The notes under the pieces: model-generated
Database searches by the model: none
Told to the model about the DNA's origin: nothing
What the model saw: the letters and a program-made list of their open reading frames with translations, nothing else
Position numbers and translations under genes: made by a program
Assembly (NCBI GenBank): GCA_045132055.1
Contig: JBGURP010000033.1
Coordinates: 128,806 to 192,805 of the forward strand
Length of the DNA stretch: 64,000 bases
Origin: Bacteroidales bacterium
GTDB taxonomy: Bacteria; Bacteroidota; Bacteroidia; Bacteroidales; WCHB1-69
Direction of reading: 5' to 3'
Shown here: one piece after another, positions 1 through 9,067 of the stretch
Layout of the letters: every line of letters begins with the position of its first letter
Numbering within the stretch: the first letter of the stretch is position 1

Positions 1-2
1 GT

Positions 3-215
3 AACGAAACCGCGGCCATGAACCGCCTGACCATCACCGTGAAGGTGCGCTTTGTCAACAAGTTTGACGAAACCAAGAATTTTGAGCAGACCTTTTCCCG
101 GTACGCCGATTACGCAAGCTCGCGCAATTTCAGCAGTGTGGAAAGCACGCTGGTGACGGAAATCAGCGATGCATTGACCGATGATATTTTCAACAAGGCA
201 TTCGTGAATTGGTAA
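3..215 (+). CDS. 3' end of a CDS entering from the left edge (LptE-family C-terminus suspected)
   Basis: The frame is open from position 3 (NETAA precedes the Met at 18). It ends ...LTDDIFNKAFVNW with a stop at 213-215. It sits directly upstream of the hyp-secG pair, where Bacteroidota usually carry an LptE-family gene. The product call rests on remembered synteny only. Confidence 0.4.
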   Translation, partial: NETAAMNRLTITVKVRFVNKFDETKNFEQTFSRYADYASSRNFSSVESTLVTEISDALTDDIFNKAFVNW

Positions 216-253
216 TGTTTATTTTGTAAATCCGCATATAATAATATATTGTA

Positions 254-883
254 ATGGAGAAAGTGTTTTTGAATGATTTCATAGAGGTGGAGGATGCCGG
301 CAGCGCGCAGGAGAAGCTGGTTGCGTTGCAGAAGCGTTATCCTGCCTCTTCTTTCATCAATGTGCTGTGTTTGCGGTTGCTGCCCGCCCGTGCACAAGCG
401 AAGAGCCGAGCTCGCATGTTGCTGACCCTGCCCAATGTATTGAAACTCAGCGAGCTGAACTTGGAGCTGATGCCCGTGGCACAACAGGCGAAAGTGAAGC
501 CTGCGCTTATGCATGTGGAAAGCCGCCGGGCCCAGGAAGATGAGGAGACGCTGCAGCCCGTGTTTGTCAAGCACCAAACCGAAGACCACGACACGAAGCA
601 AGCTCTCATAGATCAGTTGATTGAAAAATTCTCCAAGGATGCGCCGAAAATCATCTACTCCCCTGAAACACATGACGGTGAGGCCAATTATGGAGAAGAG
701 AGTCTGGAAGAGGATCCTAATATTGTAAGTGAAACATTGGCAGCGATTTACGCCCAGCAGGGCTATTATCAGAAGGCCATCCAGATGTATGAAATTTTAA
801 AGTTGCATTTTCCAGAAAAAAGTTGTTATTTTGCAGCCCTAATTGAAAATCTGCAAAAGGATTTGGAAAATTCGGAAAATTAA
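254..883 (+). CDS. hypothetical protein with TPR-like C-terminus
   Basis: 209-aa ORF with an ATG start and a C-terminal helix pair AAIYAQQGYYQKAIQMYEILKLHF. No family recognised. Confidence 0.55.
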   Translation: MEKVFLNDFIEVEDAGSAQEKLVALQKRYPASSFINVLCLRLLPARAQAKSRARMLLTLPNVLKLSELNLELMPVAQQAKVKPALMHVESRRAQEDEETLQPVFVKHQTEDHDTKQALIDQLIEKFSKDAPKIIYSPETHDGEANYGEESLEEDPNIVSETLAAIYAQQGYYQKAIQMYEILKLHFPEKSCYFAALIENLQKDLENSEN

Positions 884-920
884 CATAGTATTAATCAATA
901 AATTAAAAAAACAGAAACTA

Positions 921-1226
921 ATGTTCACACTTTGCGTTGTATTAATCATTCTGGCCTGTGTAGTACTGGCATTTGTTGTCTTGATTCAGAACTCCAAGGG
1001 TGGCGGTTTGGCCTCTAACTTCGCCTCTTCCAACCAGATTATGGGTGTTCGCAAGACTGCCGACGTGCTGGAGAAGACCACGTGGGGTATTGCCGCTTTT
1101 ATCATGGTACTCTGCTTCGCTTGCGCTTTTATGTCCAAGAGCGAGGTTAAATCCCTGAGAGGAAACCAGGTTCAGACAGAACAAACCCAAGAAACAGGTA
1201 GCACGCAGTCACAGACCCAAGAGTAG
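921..1226 (+). CDS. secG: preprotein translocase subunit SecG
   Basis: MFTLCVVLIILACVVLAFVVLIQNSKGGGLAS...TTWGIAAFIMVLCFA shows the two TM helices and the GGG motif of SecG. I chose ATG 921 over the ORF-track start 843, which would overlap the upstream gene. The tail is Q/T-rich. Confidence 0.85.
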   Translation: MFTLCVVLIILACVVLAFVVLIQNSKGGGLASNFASSNQIMGVRKTADVLEKTTWGIAAFIMVLCFACAFMSKSEVKSLRGNQVQTEQTQETGSTQSQTQE

Positions 1227-1234
1227 TCTGCGTA

Positions 1235-1242
1235 TATTTTTG
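1235..1242 (+). promoter_or_regulatory. candidate -7 box (tatttttg) for tig
   Basis: Matches the Bacteroides -7 consensus TAnnTTTG, 71 nt upstream of the tig ATG. Confidence 0.4.
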
Positions 1243-1312
1243 AGTAAATGGACATGCAACACCGTATGGCGCTGTGTGTCTTTTAGTTTATGAATTATTT
1301 CAAAGTTAGAAT

Positions 1313-2794
1313 ATGAATATCAAACACGAAAATGTTCCGGGACAGTTACAGGAAGTAACGATTGAGATTAACAAGGAAGATTATGCAGCCGAATTGGATG
1401 CTGCGTTGAAGAAACAGAGACGTACCGCAACGGTTCCGGGATTCCGTCCCGGCAACGCCCCGATGGGTATGATCAAGAAGATGTACGAGAAGCCCATCAT
1501 GGTTCAGGAGATTGACAATATCGTCAACCGCGAGATGGACAAGTTCATGAAGGACAATGAGGTACGCTATATCTTTGAACCGATTCCCGTGGAAGGCAAA
1601 TCCAAGGTTAACTTTGATGAGCCGGACCATTTCGAGTTCGTATATGAGTACGCTTTGGCTCCTGAGGTCAAGGTTGACTACGCAAAACTGCCCAAAGTGG
1701 TAGATTTTGAGATTCAGCCCACTGAAGAGGATCGCGAAGGCTTTATCAAACAACTCCGCGAGCGTCATGGCAACTATGTGACCCCTGAAACCATCGAGGC
1801 TGGAGATAGCGTGTCTGTCAAGTTGGATGAGGAAAAAGAGGGTTTCTTCTTCATGCGCGACCTGACGGATGCAGCTCAGAAGAAGCTCATGGGCAAGAAG
1901 AAGGACGATGCTGTTACCGTCGCTTGGAGAAAGGCTTTTGCCTCTGAGATGGCTTTGGCCCGCTTCCTCAAGGTGGAAGAAAAAGACCTGGAGGCTGAAA
2001 ATGAGTACAAATGCAAAGTCACCATCAAGCACATCGGTCGCATTGAGCCCGCTGAACTGAATGAGGAATTCTTCAAGAAAGCTTATCCCGACGGTTCTGT
2101 CAAGAATGAGAAAGAGCTGAAAGCGGAAGCCGACAAGGTGGTTCTCAGCCAATACAAACCCGAGCTGGATCGTCAGTTTATGAACGACGCCATCGAGATG
2201 TTGATTGACAATGTGAACGTGGAGCTTCCCGATGAGTTCATCAAACGCTATATCCTGCTTACCCAGAAGGATATGACCGCTGAAACGCTGGAAACCAAAT
2301 ACAACGACTACAAACGTGCTTTCCAATGGCAGATTTTGGAAGGTAAGATTGTGGAAGGCAGCGATATCAAGGTGGAAATGGACGACGTGAAGAACTATTT
2401 CCGTGACTATTTCATCAAAAATTACTTCGGCAACTTCAATATGGACGATGTGAAAGACCGTGTGGAGGAACTCGTGAAACAATCCATGGAGAATAAGGAG
2501 TATGTGAAGAACGTTTATGACATGCTCTTCGACCAGAAACTTACCGAGTTGTTGCGCTCCAAGCTGAACATCGACCACAAAAAAGGCGATATCAAAGCAT
2601 ACGTCGATATGCTGACCGCTCGTATGGAAGGCAAGCAGGGCAAGACTCCGGCCAAGAAGACTGCTGCCAAGAAGACGACAAAGAAAGAGGTGAAAGAGGA
2701 TCAAGAGGAGAATGAGGTAAAAGAAGTGAAGGCCAAGAAAGCTCCTGCAAAGGCTAAAACTGCCAAGACAACCAAAACCAAGAAAGAAGAGTAA
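1313..2794 (+). CDS. tig: trigger factor
   Basis: The N-terminus ...TATVPGFRPGNAPMGMIKKMY is the ribosome-binding signature region. Length and position upstream of clpP-clpX fit. Extra Lys-rich tail. Confidence 0.95.
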   Translation: MNIKHENVPGQLQEVTIEINKEDYAAELDAALKKQRRTATVPGFRPGNAPMGMIKKMYEKPIMVQEIDNIVNREMDKFMKDNEVRYIFEPIPVEGKSKVNFDEPDHFEFVYEYALAPEVKVDYAKLPKVVDFEIQPTEEDREGFIKQLRERHGNYVTPETIEAGDSVSVKLDEEKEGFFFMRDLTDAAQKKLMGKKKDDAVTVAWRKAFASEMALARFLKVEEKDLEAENEYKCKVTIKHIGRIEPAELNEEFFKKAYPDGSVKNEKELKAEADKVVLSQYKPELDRQFMNDAIEMLIDNVNVELPDEFIKRYILLTQKDMTAETLETKYNDYKRAFQWQILEGKIVEGSDIKVEMDDVKNYFRDYFIKNYFGNFNMDDVKDRVEELVKQSMENKEYVKNVYDMLFDQKLTELLRSKLNIDHKKGDIKAYVDMLTARMEGKQGKTPAKKTAAKKTTKKEVKEDQEENEVKEVKAKKAPAKAKTAKTTKTKKEE

Positions 2795-2806
2795 AATCGC
2801 ACTACG

Positions 2807-3481
2807 ATGAGAGACGAATTCAGAAACTATGCGCTGAAGCAGCATGGTATCAGCAGTCTGCGCATGGATCGCTATGCTTCCATGACGCGCAATTATATCA
2901 CGCCTTACATCATCGAGGAGCGTCCGATGAACATCACACAGCTGGACGTGTTTTCCCGCTTGATGAAAGACAGAATCATCTTCTTGGGCGTACCCATTGA
3001 CGATGACGTGGCCAACATTATCCAAGCTCAGTTGCTGTTTCTGGAATCCCAGGATCCCGACCGTGACATCCAGATTTATCTGAACAGTCCCGGAGGCCAG
3101 GTGTATGCTGGTTTGGGTATCTATGATACCATGCAGTATCTGAAACCCGATGTTTCCACCATTTGCACGGGCATGGCCGCCTCTATGGCTGCCGTGTTGC
3201 TGTGTGCCGGTGCCAAAGGCAAGCGTTTCGCCCTGCCACACTCCCGCGTGATGATTCATCAGCCGATGGGTGGTGCACAAGGCCAGGCTTCCGACATTGA
3301 GATCGAGGCCCAGGAGATCATGAAGATCAAACGCGAGCTTTATGAGATCATTGCTGAACATACGGGCAAGGACTTCGACCAGGTTTGGAAAGACTGCGAC
3401 CGCGATCACTGGATGATTGCCTCCGAAGCCAAAGAATACGGTCTTATCGACCAAGTACTCTCCAACGAGCGCAAGAAATAA
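2807..3481 (+). CDS. clpP: ATP-dependent Clp protease proteolytic subunit
   Basis: ...[43 protein letters not shown]...[11 protein letters not shown]...MIHQP shows the ClpP Ser/His regions. Confidence 0.95.
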   Translation: MRDEFRNYALKQHGISSLRMDRYASMTRNYITPYIIEERPMNITQLDVFSRLMKDRIIFLGVPIDDDVANIIQAQLLFLESQDPDRDIQIYLNSPGGQVYAGLGIYDTMQYLKPDVSTICTGMAASMAAVLLCAGAKGKRFALPHSRVMIHQPMGGAQGQASDIEIEAQEIMKIKRELYEIIAEHTGKDFDQVWKDCDRDHWMIASEAKEYGLIDQVLSNERKK

Positions 3482-4722
3482 TGGCTAAGACAAAACAATC
3501 AGACAGAACGTGCAGTTTCTGTGGAAGAAATATTCCGGAAGACCAGTTTCTCATAGCTGGTCTTTCTGGTCTTATATGCGGTGATTGCGCCAAGACCGTC
3601 AACGACATTTTGCACAATGTAGAGAAAGACGAGCATCGCAAGGCCGCAGAATCATTGAGAATCAATCTGCTCAAACCTCACGAGATCAAAGCCCGTTTGG
3701 ACGATTATGTCATTGGGCAGGAGGAAGCAAAGAAGGTACTGTCTGTGGCGGTTTACAACCACTACAAGCGTATCTTGCAAGAGAAGGATTCCGATCAGGA
3801 CGATGTGGAGATTGAGAAATCCAACATCCTGTTGATAGGGGAGACCGGCACGGGTAAAACCTTGCTGGCGCGCACCATTGCCAAGTTGCTGGAGGTGCCG
3901 TTCTGCATCGCAGACGCTACCGTATTCACGCAGGCTGGCTATGTGGGCGAAGACGTGGAGTCCATTTTGACCCGTCTGCTGCAGGCTGCCGACTACGATG
4001 TGGCCAAGGCGGAGCGCGGTATTGTTTTCATCGATGAGATAGACAAGGTTGCGCGCAAGGGCTCTGAGAACCCTTCCATCACGCGCGATGTGTCGGGCGA
4101 GGGCGTGCAGCAGGCATTGCTGAAGCTGTTGGAAGGCTCTGTGGTGAACGTGCCGCCGCAAGGGGGGCGAAAGCATCCGGAGCAGGAGTTTATTCACGTC
4201 AACACGCAGCACATCTTGTTTATCGGCAGTGGCGCGTTCAATAATCTGAACCAGATTATTGCCGAGCGCATGAATACCAATGCCATCGGTTACAACAAGA
4301 AGAACCGCAATATTGACAAGGACAACATGTTGCAATACGTTTCTGCACAGGATATCAAGCAGTTTGGCTTGATTCCGGAGTTGTGCGGCCGTTTCCCTGT
4401 CATCACTTCCCTGAATCCATTGGATGCCAAAGCCTTGAAAAAGATTCTGACCGAGCCGAAGAATGCCTTGGTGAAGCAGTATATTAAACTTTTCAAGATG
4501 GATGGCATCACACTTTCTTTTGAGGATGCTGCATTGGACTACATTGTGGAGAAAGCAGTGGAGTTGAAGCTCGGCGCTCGTGGCCTGCGTGCCATTGTGG
4601 AGAAGATCATGACGGATGCCATGTACGATTTCCCCAGTCTTGGCAAGAAAAAAATTGTGGTAACGCGGGATTATGCCCGTGAGAATTTCGAGAAATCAAT
4701 TTTCTCTTTTCTAGATAAATAA
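3481..4722 (+). CDS. clpX: ATP-dependent Clp protease ATP-binding subunit ClpX
   Basis: Zinc-binding N-terminus CSFCGR...CGDC and Walker A GETGTGKT. The ATG shares one nucleotide with the clpP stop (TAATG). The ORF-track start at 3385 lies inside clpP and was rejected. Confidence 0.95.
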   Translation: MAKTKQSDRTCSFCGRNIPEDQFLIAGLSGLICGDCAKTVNDILHNVEKDEHRKAAESLRINLLKPHEIKARLDDYVIGQEEAKKVLSVAVYNHYKRILQEKDSDQDDVEIEKSNILLIGETGTGKTLLARTIAKLLEVPFCIADATVFTQAGYVGEDVESILTRLLQAADYDVAKAERGIVFIDEIDKVARKGSENPSITRDVSGEGVQQALLKLLEGSVVNVPPQGGRKHPEQEFIHVNTQHILFIGSGAFNNLNQIIAERMNTNAIGYNKKNRNIDKDNMLQYVSAQDIKQFGLIPELCGRFPVITSLNPLDAKALKKILTEPKNALVKQYIKLFKMDGITLSFEDAALDYIVEKAVELKLGARGLRAIVEKIMTDAMYDFPSLGKKKIVVTRDYARENFEKSIFSFLDK

Positions 4723-4727
4723 AACAA

Positions 4728-4754
4728 AACGAGGCGCGAATTTCGCGCCTCGTT
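4728..4754. terminator. bidirectional hairpin between convergent clpX and htpG
   Basis: aacgaggcgcg-aattt-cgcgcctcgtt forms an 11-bp GC-rich stem flanked by A-run and T-run. It lies 6 nt after the clpX stop and 6 nt after the htpG stop. Confidence 0.7.
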
Positions 4755-4759
4755 CACTT

Positions 4760-6670
4760 TTACAGTATCTCGTAACTTCGTTTTACAAACTCGCTCAGCT
4801 TCTCGCCGGTGAGGATGTTCTGCGAGAGCAGTGCCAGGTCAATCATCTGCTGCACCAGCTTGCCGCGCTTCTCTTCATCGGTTTCCTCCAAAATGCGCGA
4901 TGCCAACGGGTGGTTGCCGTTCACCACAATGTTGTAGTGTTCGAATCCGCCGTACATGCCTTGCTGGCCGGACACTTTCTCCATGTCTTTGAATCGGCGC
5001 ATGAACTCGTTCTGCGTGATGATCACCGGCAGGTCGGTCTCGCTCAAACTCTCCACCATCACGGTGTATTTGCTCTTGTCAACGTCCTTGTCGAAAAACT
5101 CTTTCAAGTTTTTCTGTTGCTCGTCGGACAGTTTTGACGGAGAAACTTCGTCTTTCTTTTCAATCAGTTTCTCTATCACATCGGCATCCACGCGCGTGAA
5201 ACGCATCTTTTCATTCTTCTGCTCCAACATATTGATAGCGTGCGCATCCAGGAAACCGTCCATCAGTAACACATCGTAGCCTTTTTCCTTGGCGGCTTGG
5301 ATGTACAGATGCTGCTCGTCGGTGTTGGCGGCATAAAGCAGGATGACCATATCATCCTTGTTGGTTTGCAGGGCACTTACCAAGTTGCGGTATTCTTCTA
5401 TGGTATAATACTTTCCATCGGTGTTTTTCAACAGGTAGAAATCTTTGATTTTGTCATAGAATTTCTCATCCGTCAAGGAACCATATTGCAGGAAGACTTT
5501 CAGCTCGTCCCATTTCTTCTCAAAATCTTCGCGGTTCTCCTTGAACATGGATTCCAGTTTCTCGGCCACCTTTTTGCTGATGTAGGTGGAGATTTTCTTG
5601 ACATTGGAGTCGGATTGCAGATAGGAACGCGATACATTCAACGGGATGTCGGGCGAGTCGATGACGCCGTGCAAGAGTGTCATGAATTCGGGGATGATGC
5701 CTTCCAGCTCGTCGGTGATATAGACTTGGTTGCAATAGAGTTGCACGCGGTTCTTTTTGAGGTCGAGCTGGTTTTTCACCTTCGGGAAATAGAGCACACC
5801 CGTGAGGTTGAAAGGATAATCCACATTGAGGTGAATCTGGAACATCGGGTCTTCAAAGTTCATCGGGTAGAGTTCGTGGTAGAACTTCTTGTAATCCTCA
5901 TCAGTCAGGGAAGAGGGTGATTTCTGCCAAATCGGGTCGGTGTCGTTGATGATGCGGGGCACCTGAACGGCCTCTTCCTTGGGCTCTTCCTGTTTCTCAT
6001 CTTTGTTTTCTGCATTCTCATCTATCGGTTTGGGTTCGGGTTTGCGCCATTCGGTCTTGTTGCCGCAGCGGATGGGGATGGGCAGGAAACGGCAGTATTT
6101 GTTCAGCAATCCGACGATTTTGTTCTCCTCGAGAAACTCCTGTGCGTCGTCGGAAATATGCAACACGATTTCGGTGCCGCGCTCGCTCTTGTCAATCTCT
6201 TCCATCGTGAATTCGGTGGAACCGTCGCAACTCCATTTCACGGCCTTGGCGTCGGTGTGTGATTTGGTGAGGATATCTACACGGTCGGCCACCATGAAGG
6301 AGGAGTAGAAACCCAGTCCGAAGTGGCCGATGATGTTGGCGGCATCCTGTCCTTTGTATTTGGAGAGGAAGTCCTCGGCGCCGGAGAAAGCGATTTGGTT
6401 GATGTATTTGTCCACTTCTTCGGCGCTCATGCCGATGCCGTGGTCAATAACGCGGATGGTCTTGTCGTCTTTGTTTACCTTCACCTCGATGGTCAGGTCT
6501 CCTAGTTCGCTGTCGGTTTTGCCTAGCGTAGCCAGTGTTTTGATTTTCTGGGTGGCATCCACGGCGTTGGAAATCAGCTCACGGAGGAAAATCTCGTGGT
6601 CGGAGTACAAGAATTTCTTGATTACGGGGAAGATGTTTTCGGTTTTAACATTGATATTGCCTGTTTGCAT
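4760..6670 (-). CDS. htpG: molecular chaperone HtpG (Hsp90 family)
   Basis: The N-terminus IFPVIKKFLYSDHEIFLRELISNAVDA...DHGIGM is the GHKL ATPase signature. Contains a charged insert KPEPKPIDENAENKDEKQEEPKEE. Confidence 0.95.
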   Translation of the reverse strand: MQTGNINVKTENIFPVIKKFLYSDHEIFLRELISNAVDATQKIKTLATLGKTDSELGDLTIEVKVNKDDKTIRVIDHGIGMSAEEVDKYINQIAFSGAEDFLSKYKGQDAANIIGHFGLGFYSSFMVADRVDILTKSHTDAKAVKWSCDGSTEFTMEEIDKSERGTEIVLHISDDAQEFLEENKIVGLLNKYCRFLPIPIRCGNKTEWRKPEPKPIDENAENKDEKQEEPKEEAVQVPRIINDTDPIWQKSPSSLTDEDYKKFYHELYPMNFEDPMFQIHLNVDYPFNLTGVLYFPKVKNQLDLKKNRVQLYCNQVYITDELEGIIPEFMTLLHGVIDSPDIPLNVSRSYLQSDSNVKKISTYISKKVAEKLESMFKENREDFEKKWDELKVFLQYGSLTDEKFYDKIKDFYLLKNTDGKYYTIEEYRNLVSALQTNKDDMVILLYAANTDEQHLYIQAAKEKGYDVLLMDGFLDAHAINMLEQKNEKMRFTRVDADVIEKLIEKKDEVSPSKLSDEQQKNLKEFFDKDVDKSKYTVMVESLSETDLPVIITQNEFMRRFKDMEKVSGQQGMYGGFEHYNIVVNGNHPLASRILEETDEEKRGKLVQQMIDLALLSQNILTGEKLSEFVKRSYEIL

Positions 6671-6769
6671 ATTGGAATAGTTTTTAAATTTTACAAAAAA
6701 AAATTATCATGTCATGAAATATGGCAGATTAAAGTCTTGCAAAATATGTGCCAAACAGGGATGTCAGTT

Positions 6770-7522
6770 CTACTTTGACAGCAATTTCCGGATCAGCATG
6801 GAGGGATAGCCGTACAGGATGGCGGCGAAACAGAAGAAGGTGTTGAGGATGCTGATGCGGGTGAAGTCTTTGCCCGGGCGGAAAAAGGATACTCTTTCCT
6901 CTTGTGGCGGGTAATAGACGTTGATGGGGATGGGAATGATGCTGATGTTGCGCCACGCGGAACGCACGAGAAGTTCCAACTCAGCTTCGTATCGGGAAGT
7001 GATGATGTGCATGTTGCCCATTTTTTGCAGCGGATAAAGCCTGAATCCGGTCTGCGTGTCAGGCAGCTTTTTGGCTGTCTGCACGGTAAACCAGAAATTG
7101 GAGAACTTGTTGGCGAAGGTGTTCTTCTGGGGCATGTTATCGTGCTTGAGTCCGCGGCTGCCGATGATGAGCGCGTCGGGATGCTCTTTGATCGTTTCCA
7201 CAAAGGCGGGAATGTCGCTGGGATAATGCTGCCCATCGGAGTCCAACGTGATAGCATAGCGAAAGCCGCGTTTCAGCGCTTTACGGAAACCAGTGACCAA
7301 CGCCGTGCCCTTGCCCTTGTTGGGCTGGTAGGCGATAACGTTCACAGGATGATCACTCTGCCGGACGAGTTCCTCTGTGCCGTCTGTAGGTCCATCGCAC
7401 ACCACGAAAATGTCATCACAATAGTCGGATACCGACTGGATGACTTGAAGGATGGTGCCCTTGTTGTTGTACGTGGGAATGATGACGCAGATGCCCAGTT
7501 CTTTCAGTGTCGCCTTGTCCAT
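6770..7522 (-). CDS. family-2 glycosyltransferase, polyprenyl-phosphate sugar synthase-like (CsbB/GtrB/ApeJ-like)
   Basis: GT-A motifs IIPTYNN, CDGPTDGT and DSDGQH (DXD), plus a C-terminal hydrophobic helix FFCFAAILYGYP. Confidence 0.85.
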   Translation of the reverse strand: MDKATLKELGICVIIPTYNNKGTILQVIQSVSDYCDDIFVVCDGPTDGTEELVRQSDHPVNVIAYQPNKGKGTALVTGFRKALKRGFRYAITLDSDGQHYPSDIPAFVETIKEHPDALIIGSRGLKHDNMPQKNTFANKFSNFWFTVQTAKKLPDTQTGFRLYPLQKMGNMHIITSRYEAELELLVRSAWRNISIIPIPINVYYPPQEERVSFFRPGKDFTRISILNTFFCFAAILYGYPSMLIRKLLSK

Positions 7523-7527
7523 AGCTG

Positions 7528-7896
7528 TTATTTTTCGCCTACCTGGATGCTCATTTTGGTGAAAACCGTGTCCCCGTCGCTTACTACGGCCTTGAGGGTA
7601 AAAGCATTGTTCTCAATGGCTTCCCAGCTTAACTGGTATTGGATTGATTCATGCTCTTCGGGGCGGATGATTTGCAGGAACTTTACATTTTTGGCTTGCG
7701 TCAGCTGAAGGTTGCGCCCTGAAAGATGTGATAAGAGGTCAACGGCGATTTGCACGATGCAGACGCCCGGCGTGATAGGACTATCAGGGAAATGACCGGA
7801 ATAGATGGAGTGCTCTTTGTTCAGCCGTATGGTGAAAGTGGCCTGTTTTTCTGATTTTTCTACTGTTATGATAGAAAATAAGTCGTTGAGAAACAT
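7528..7896 (-). CDS. FabA/FabZ-like hot-dog dehydratase
   Basis: GHFPDSPITPGVCIVQIAVDLL motif, 122 aa, 5 nt upstream of the GT2 gene. Confidence 0.8.
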   Translation of the reverse strand: MFLNDLFSIITVEKSEKQATFTIRLNKEHSIYSGHFPDSPITPGVCIVQIAVDLLSHLSGRNLQLTQAKNVKFLQIIRPEEHESIQYQLSWEAIENNAFTLKAVVSDGDTVFTKMSIQVGEK

Positions 7897-7904
7897 GATA
7901 GGGT

Positions 7905-8537
7905 CTATTTGAAAAGTGAATCCGACAAGGAGACGTTCGTCTTTTTGTCAGTGAAAAGAATGGTGGTGGTGTCTCCGTTGTTTTCATTCAGCACCACTTT
8001 GTCGGCAAGGTGGGTGTTGCTATTGAGGGTGATGACAATAGTTTTGTAATAGTTCTGGATTTTCTTGTTCGAAGGGGTGAGCACGGCCACAATCTGCCCT
8101 GATTTGTTTTTATAGTAGCGTGTCTTGAATGCTGTGTTTTCTTGCAAGAAGCTGCCGTTGATGGTGTTGATGATCATGTTGCCCATCTCGTTGAGCATCT
8201 TGTTAGGATTGGTGGTGGTGCTTTTGCCGTTTTTGAGCAGCACTTTGCCGTTGCTGAAGATGACGGTCATGGCTTTTGGCGAGGTGTATTCCCAGCGCAG
8301 TTGTTTGGGCGATTTGTAGTTGAGCGTTCCTTTTTGCACCACCTTGTCGGTGAACAGGGCAGAGGTTTTCTCCTGGGTGAAGTTGGCCGACAGGGAAGTC
8401 AGCTGTTTGTGGGCCTTCTCGATGGTGGTCACGAGGGCGGTCTTCTGTTCGCCGGTTATTTCGGTACCGTAGTTGCTTTGCGCGAATGCCGTGCAGACGG
8501 TCAGGGTTATGAAGAAAATGAAAATAAATTTTTTCAT
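7905..8537 (-). CDS. LolA-like outer-membrane lipoprotein carrier family protein
   Basis: Signal peptide MKKFIFIFFITLTVCTAFA, ~210 aa. Its place beside the dehydratase and GT2 matches aryl-polyene-type clusters. The fold call is by context. Confidence 0.6.
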   Translation of the reverse strand: MKKFIFIFFITLTVCTAFAQSNYGTEITGEQKTALVTTIEKAHKQLTSLSANFTQEKTSALFTDKVVQKGTLNYKSPKQLRWEYTSPKAMTVIFSNGKVLLKNGKSTTTNPNKMLNEMGNMIINTINGSFLQENTAFKTRYYKNKSGQIVAVLTPSNKKIQNYYKTIVITLNSNTHLADKVVLNENNGDTTTILFTDKKTNVSLSDSLFK

Positions 8538-8602
8538 AGGAATGATAAATTAAGAAGATGTAGTCAAGAGGCTGAAAAGTCCTGGTAGTTTAAACGAAGG
8601 CG

Positions 8603-8610
8603 CAAAAATA
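8603..8610 (-). promoter_or_regulatory. candidate -7 box (tatttttg) for the LolA-like/DH/GT2 operon
   Basis: Reverse complement of caaaaata; 66 nt upstream of the start at 8537. Confidence 0.4.
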
Positions 8611-8639
8611 ATGAAATTTGGGGAAACTGTTTGTTTTGA

Positions 8640-8975
8640 GGTAAGGCGAAGTGCATTCACCGCACTTCCGTGCGGTGTGACTGGGAGGGGCGCTGCCTCT
8701 GGAAGCAGTGGGAGAGGTGTGCTGTCGCGCTTCTTGTACTGTGGAAAGTGTCCCCGTAAGGTTCGCCACCACCACACTGCCATGTGGTGTGACGGGAAGG
8801 GCGCTGCCTCCGGCAGCGGGGAAATACACATGGACCTCTTTGGAGAACCGAATCTTATTACGGGGTGAGGACAATATGGCTGCCGAAGGCAACACCTGTT
8901 GGGGAGCCTCGCACGGAAGTGCGAGGCTATGGCGTAGGGCCAGTCATATTAGGCTCTCGGAGAGAGCCACCGTTT
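8640..8975. ncRNA. candidate structured RNA / GC-rich element with an internal ~40-nt duplication (family not recognised)
   Basis: GC is 57-70% in the lines I counted, against 35% next door. Four mutually overlapping ORFs on both strands stay open, as expected for stop-poor GC-rich non-coding sequence. Hairpins: 8658-8677 (8 bp, TTCC loop), 8691-8710, 8770-8789, 8802-8818, 8905-8928 (10 bp, GGAA loop) and 8952-8968. Long-range pairs are 8752-8759/8858-8865 and 8760-8764/8845-8849. Confidence 0.3.
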
Positions 8976-8986
8976 GAGTATATATG

Positions 8987-8999
8987 CAATGTGAAGTGA
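8987..8999. repeat. left copy of a 13-nt imperfect inverted repeat (caatgtgaagtga)
   Basis: The reverse complement of 12578-12590 is cattgtgaagtga, a 12/13 match. The two copies bracket the low-GC insert. Confidence 0.35.
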
Positions 9000-9016
9000 G
9001 CATGTCGAATACGATA

Positions 9017-9042
9017 AAAGGGGCAGAATTACCCACCCCTTT
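9017..9042 (-). terminator. hairpin + T-run after the small secreted-protein gene
   Basis: Minus-strand sense aaaggggtgggtaattctgcccctttt followed by atcg. The stem is 7 bp, 26 nt after the stop at 9068. Confidence 0.55.
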
Positions 9043-9067
9043 ACTAATTAATTTTGATGATTATGGA

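Noticed and set aside
843-920. N-terminal extension of SecG offered by the ORF track (start 843)
   Set aside because: It would overlap the upstream gene by 41 nt and would add a Lys/Ile-rich segment absent from SecG. ATG 921 begins directly with the first TM helix.
1346-3454. 702-aa minus-strand ORF spanning tig, the tig-clpP spacer and most of clpP
   Set aside because: It is antisense to two genes whose plus-strand products carry unmistakable trigger factor and ClpP motifs. Its translation is low-complexity (L/V/H/F-rich) with no recognisable domain. This is a typical shadow ORF produced by codon bias.
8640-8975. Assignment of the GC-rich element to a known RNA family (glycine, ZTP or cobalamin riboswitch, RNase P RNA, tmRNA, SRP RNA)
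   Set aside because: I found only short coincidental words: CTCTGGAAG...GGGAGAG, GTGACTGG, GCCGAAGGCAA and GGAAGCAG. The defining cores are absent (GGAAAGTCCGG for RNase P, the B12 box, the CCGCCTGGG 3' half of ZTP, a tmRNA tag ORF or CCA end). The genomic context also does not fit those riboswitches.
8550-8977. Four overlapping 85-101-aa ORFs on both strands (8550-8831, 8590-8895, 8611-8868, 8708-8977) as protein genes
   Set aside because: Simultaneous openness of several frames on both strands is what a GC-rich, stop-poor non-coding segment produces. The translations are Pro/Gly/Ala/Ser-rich with no start context. The region is better explained as a structured element.
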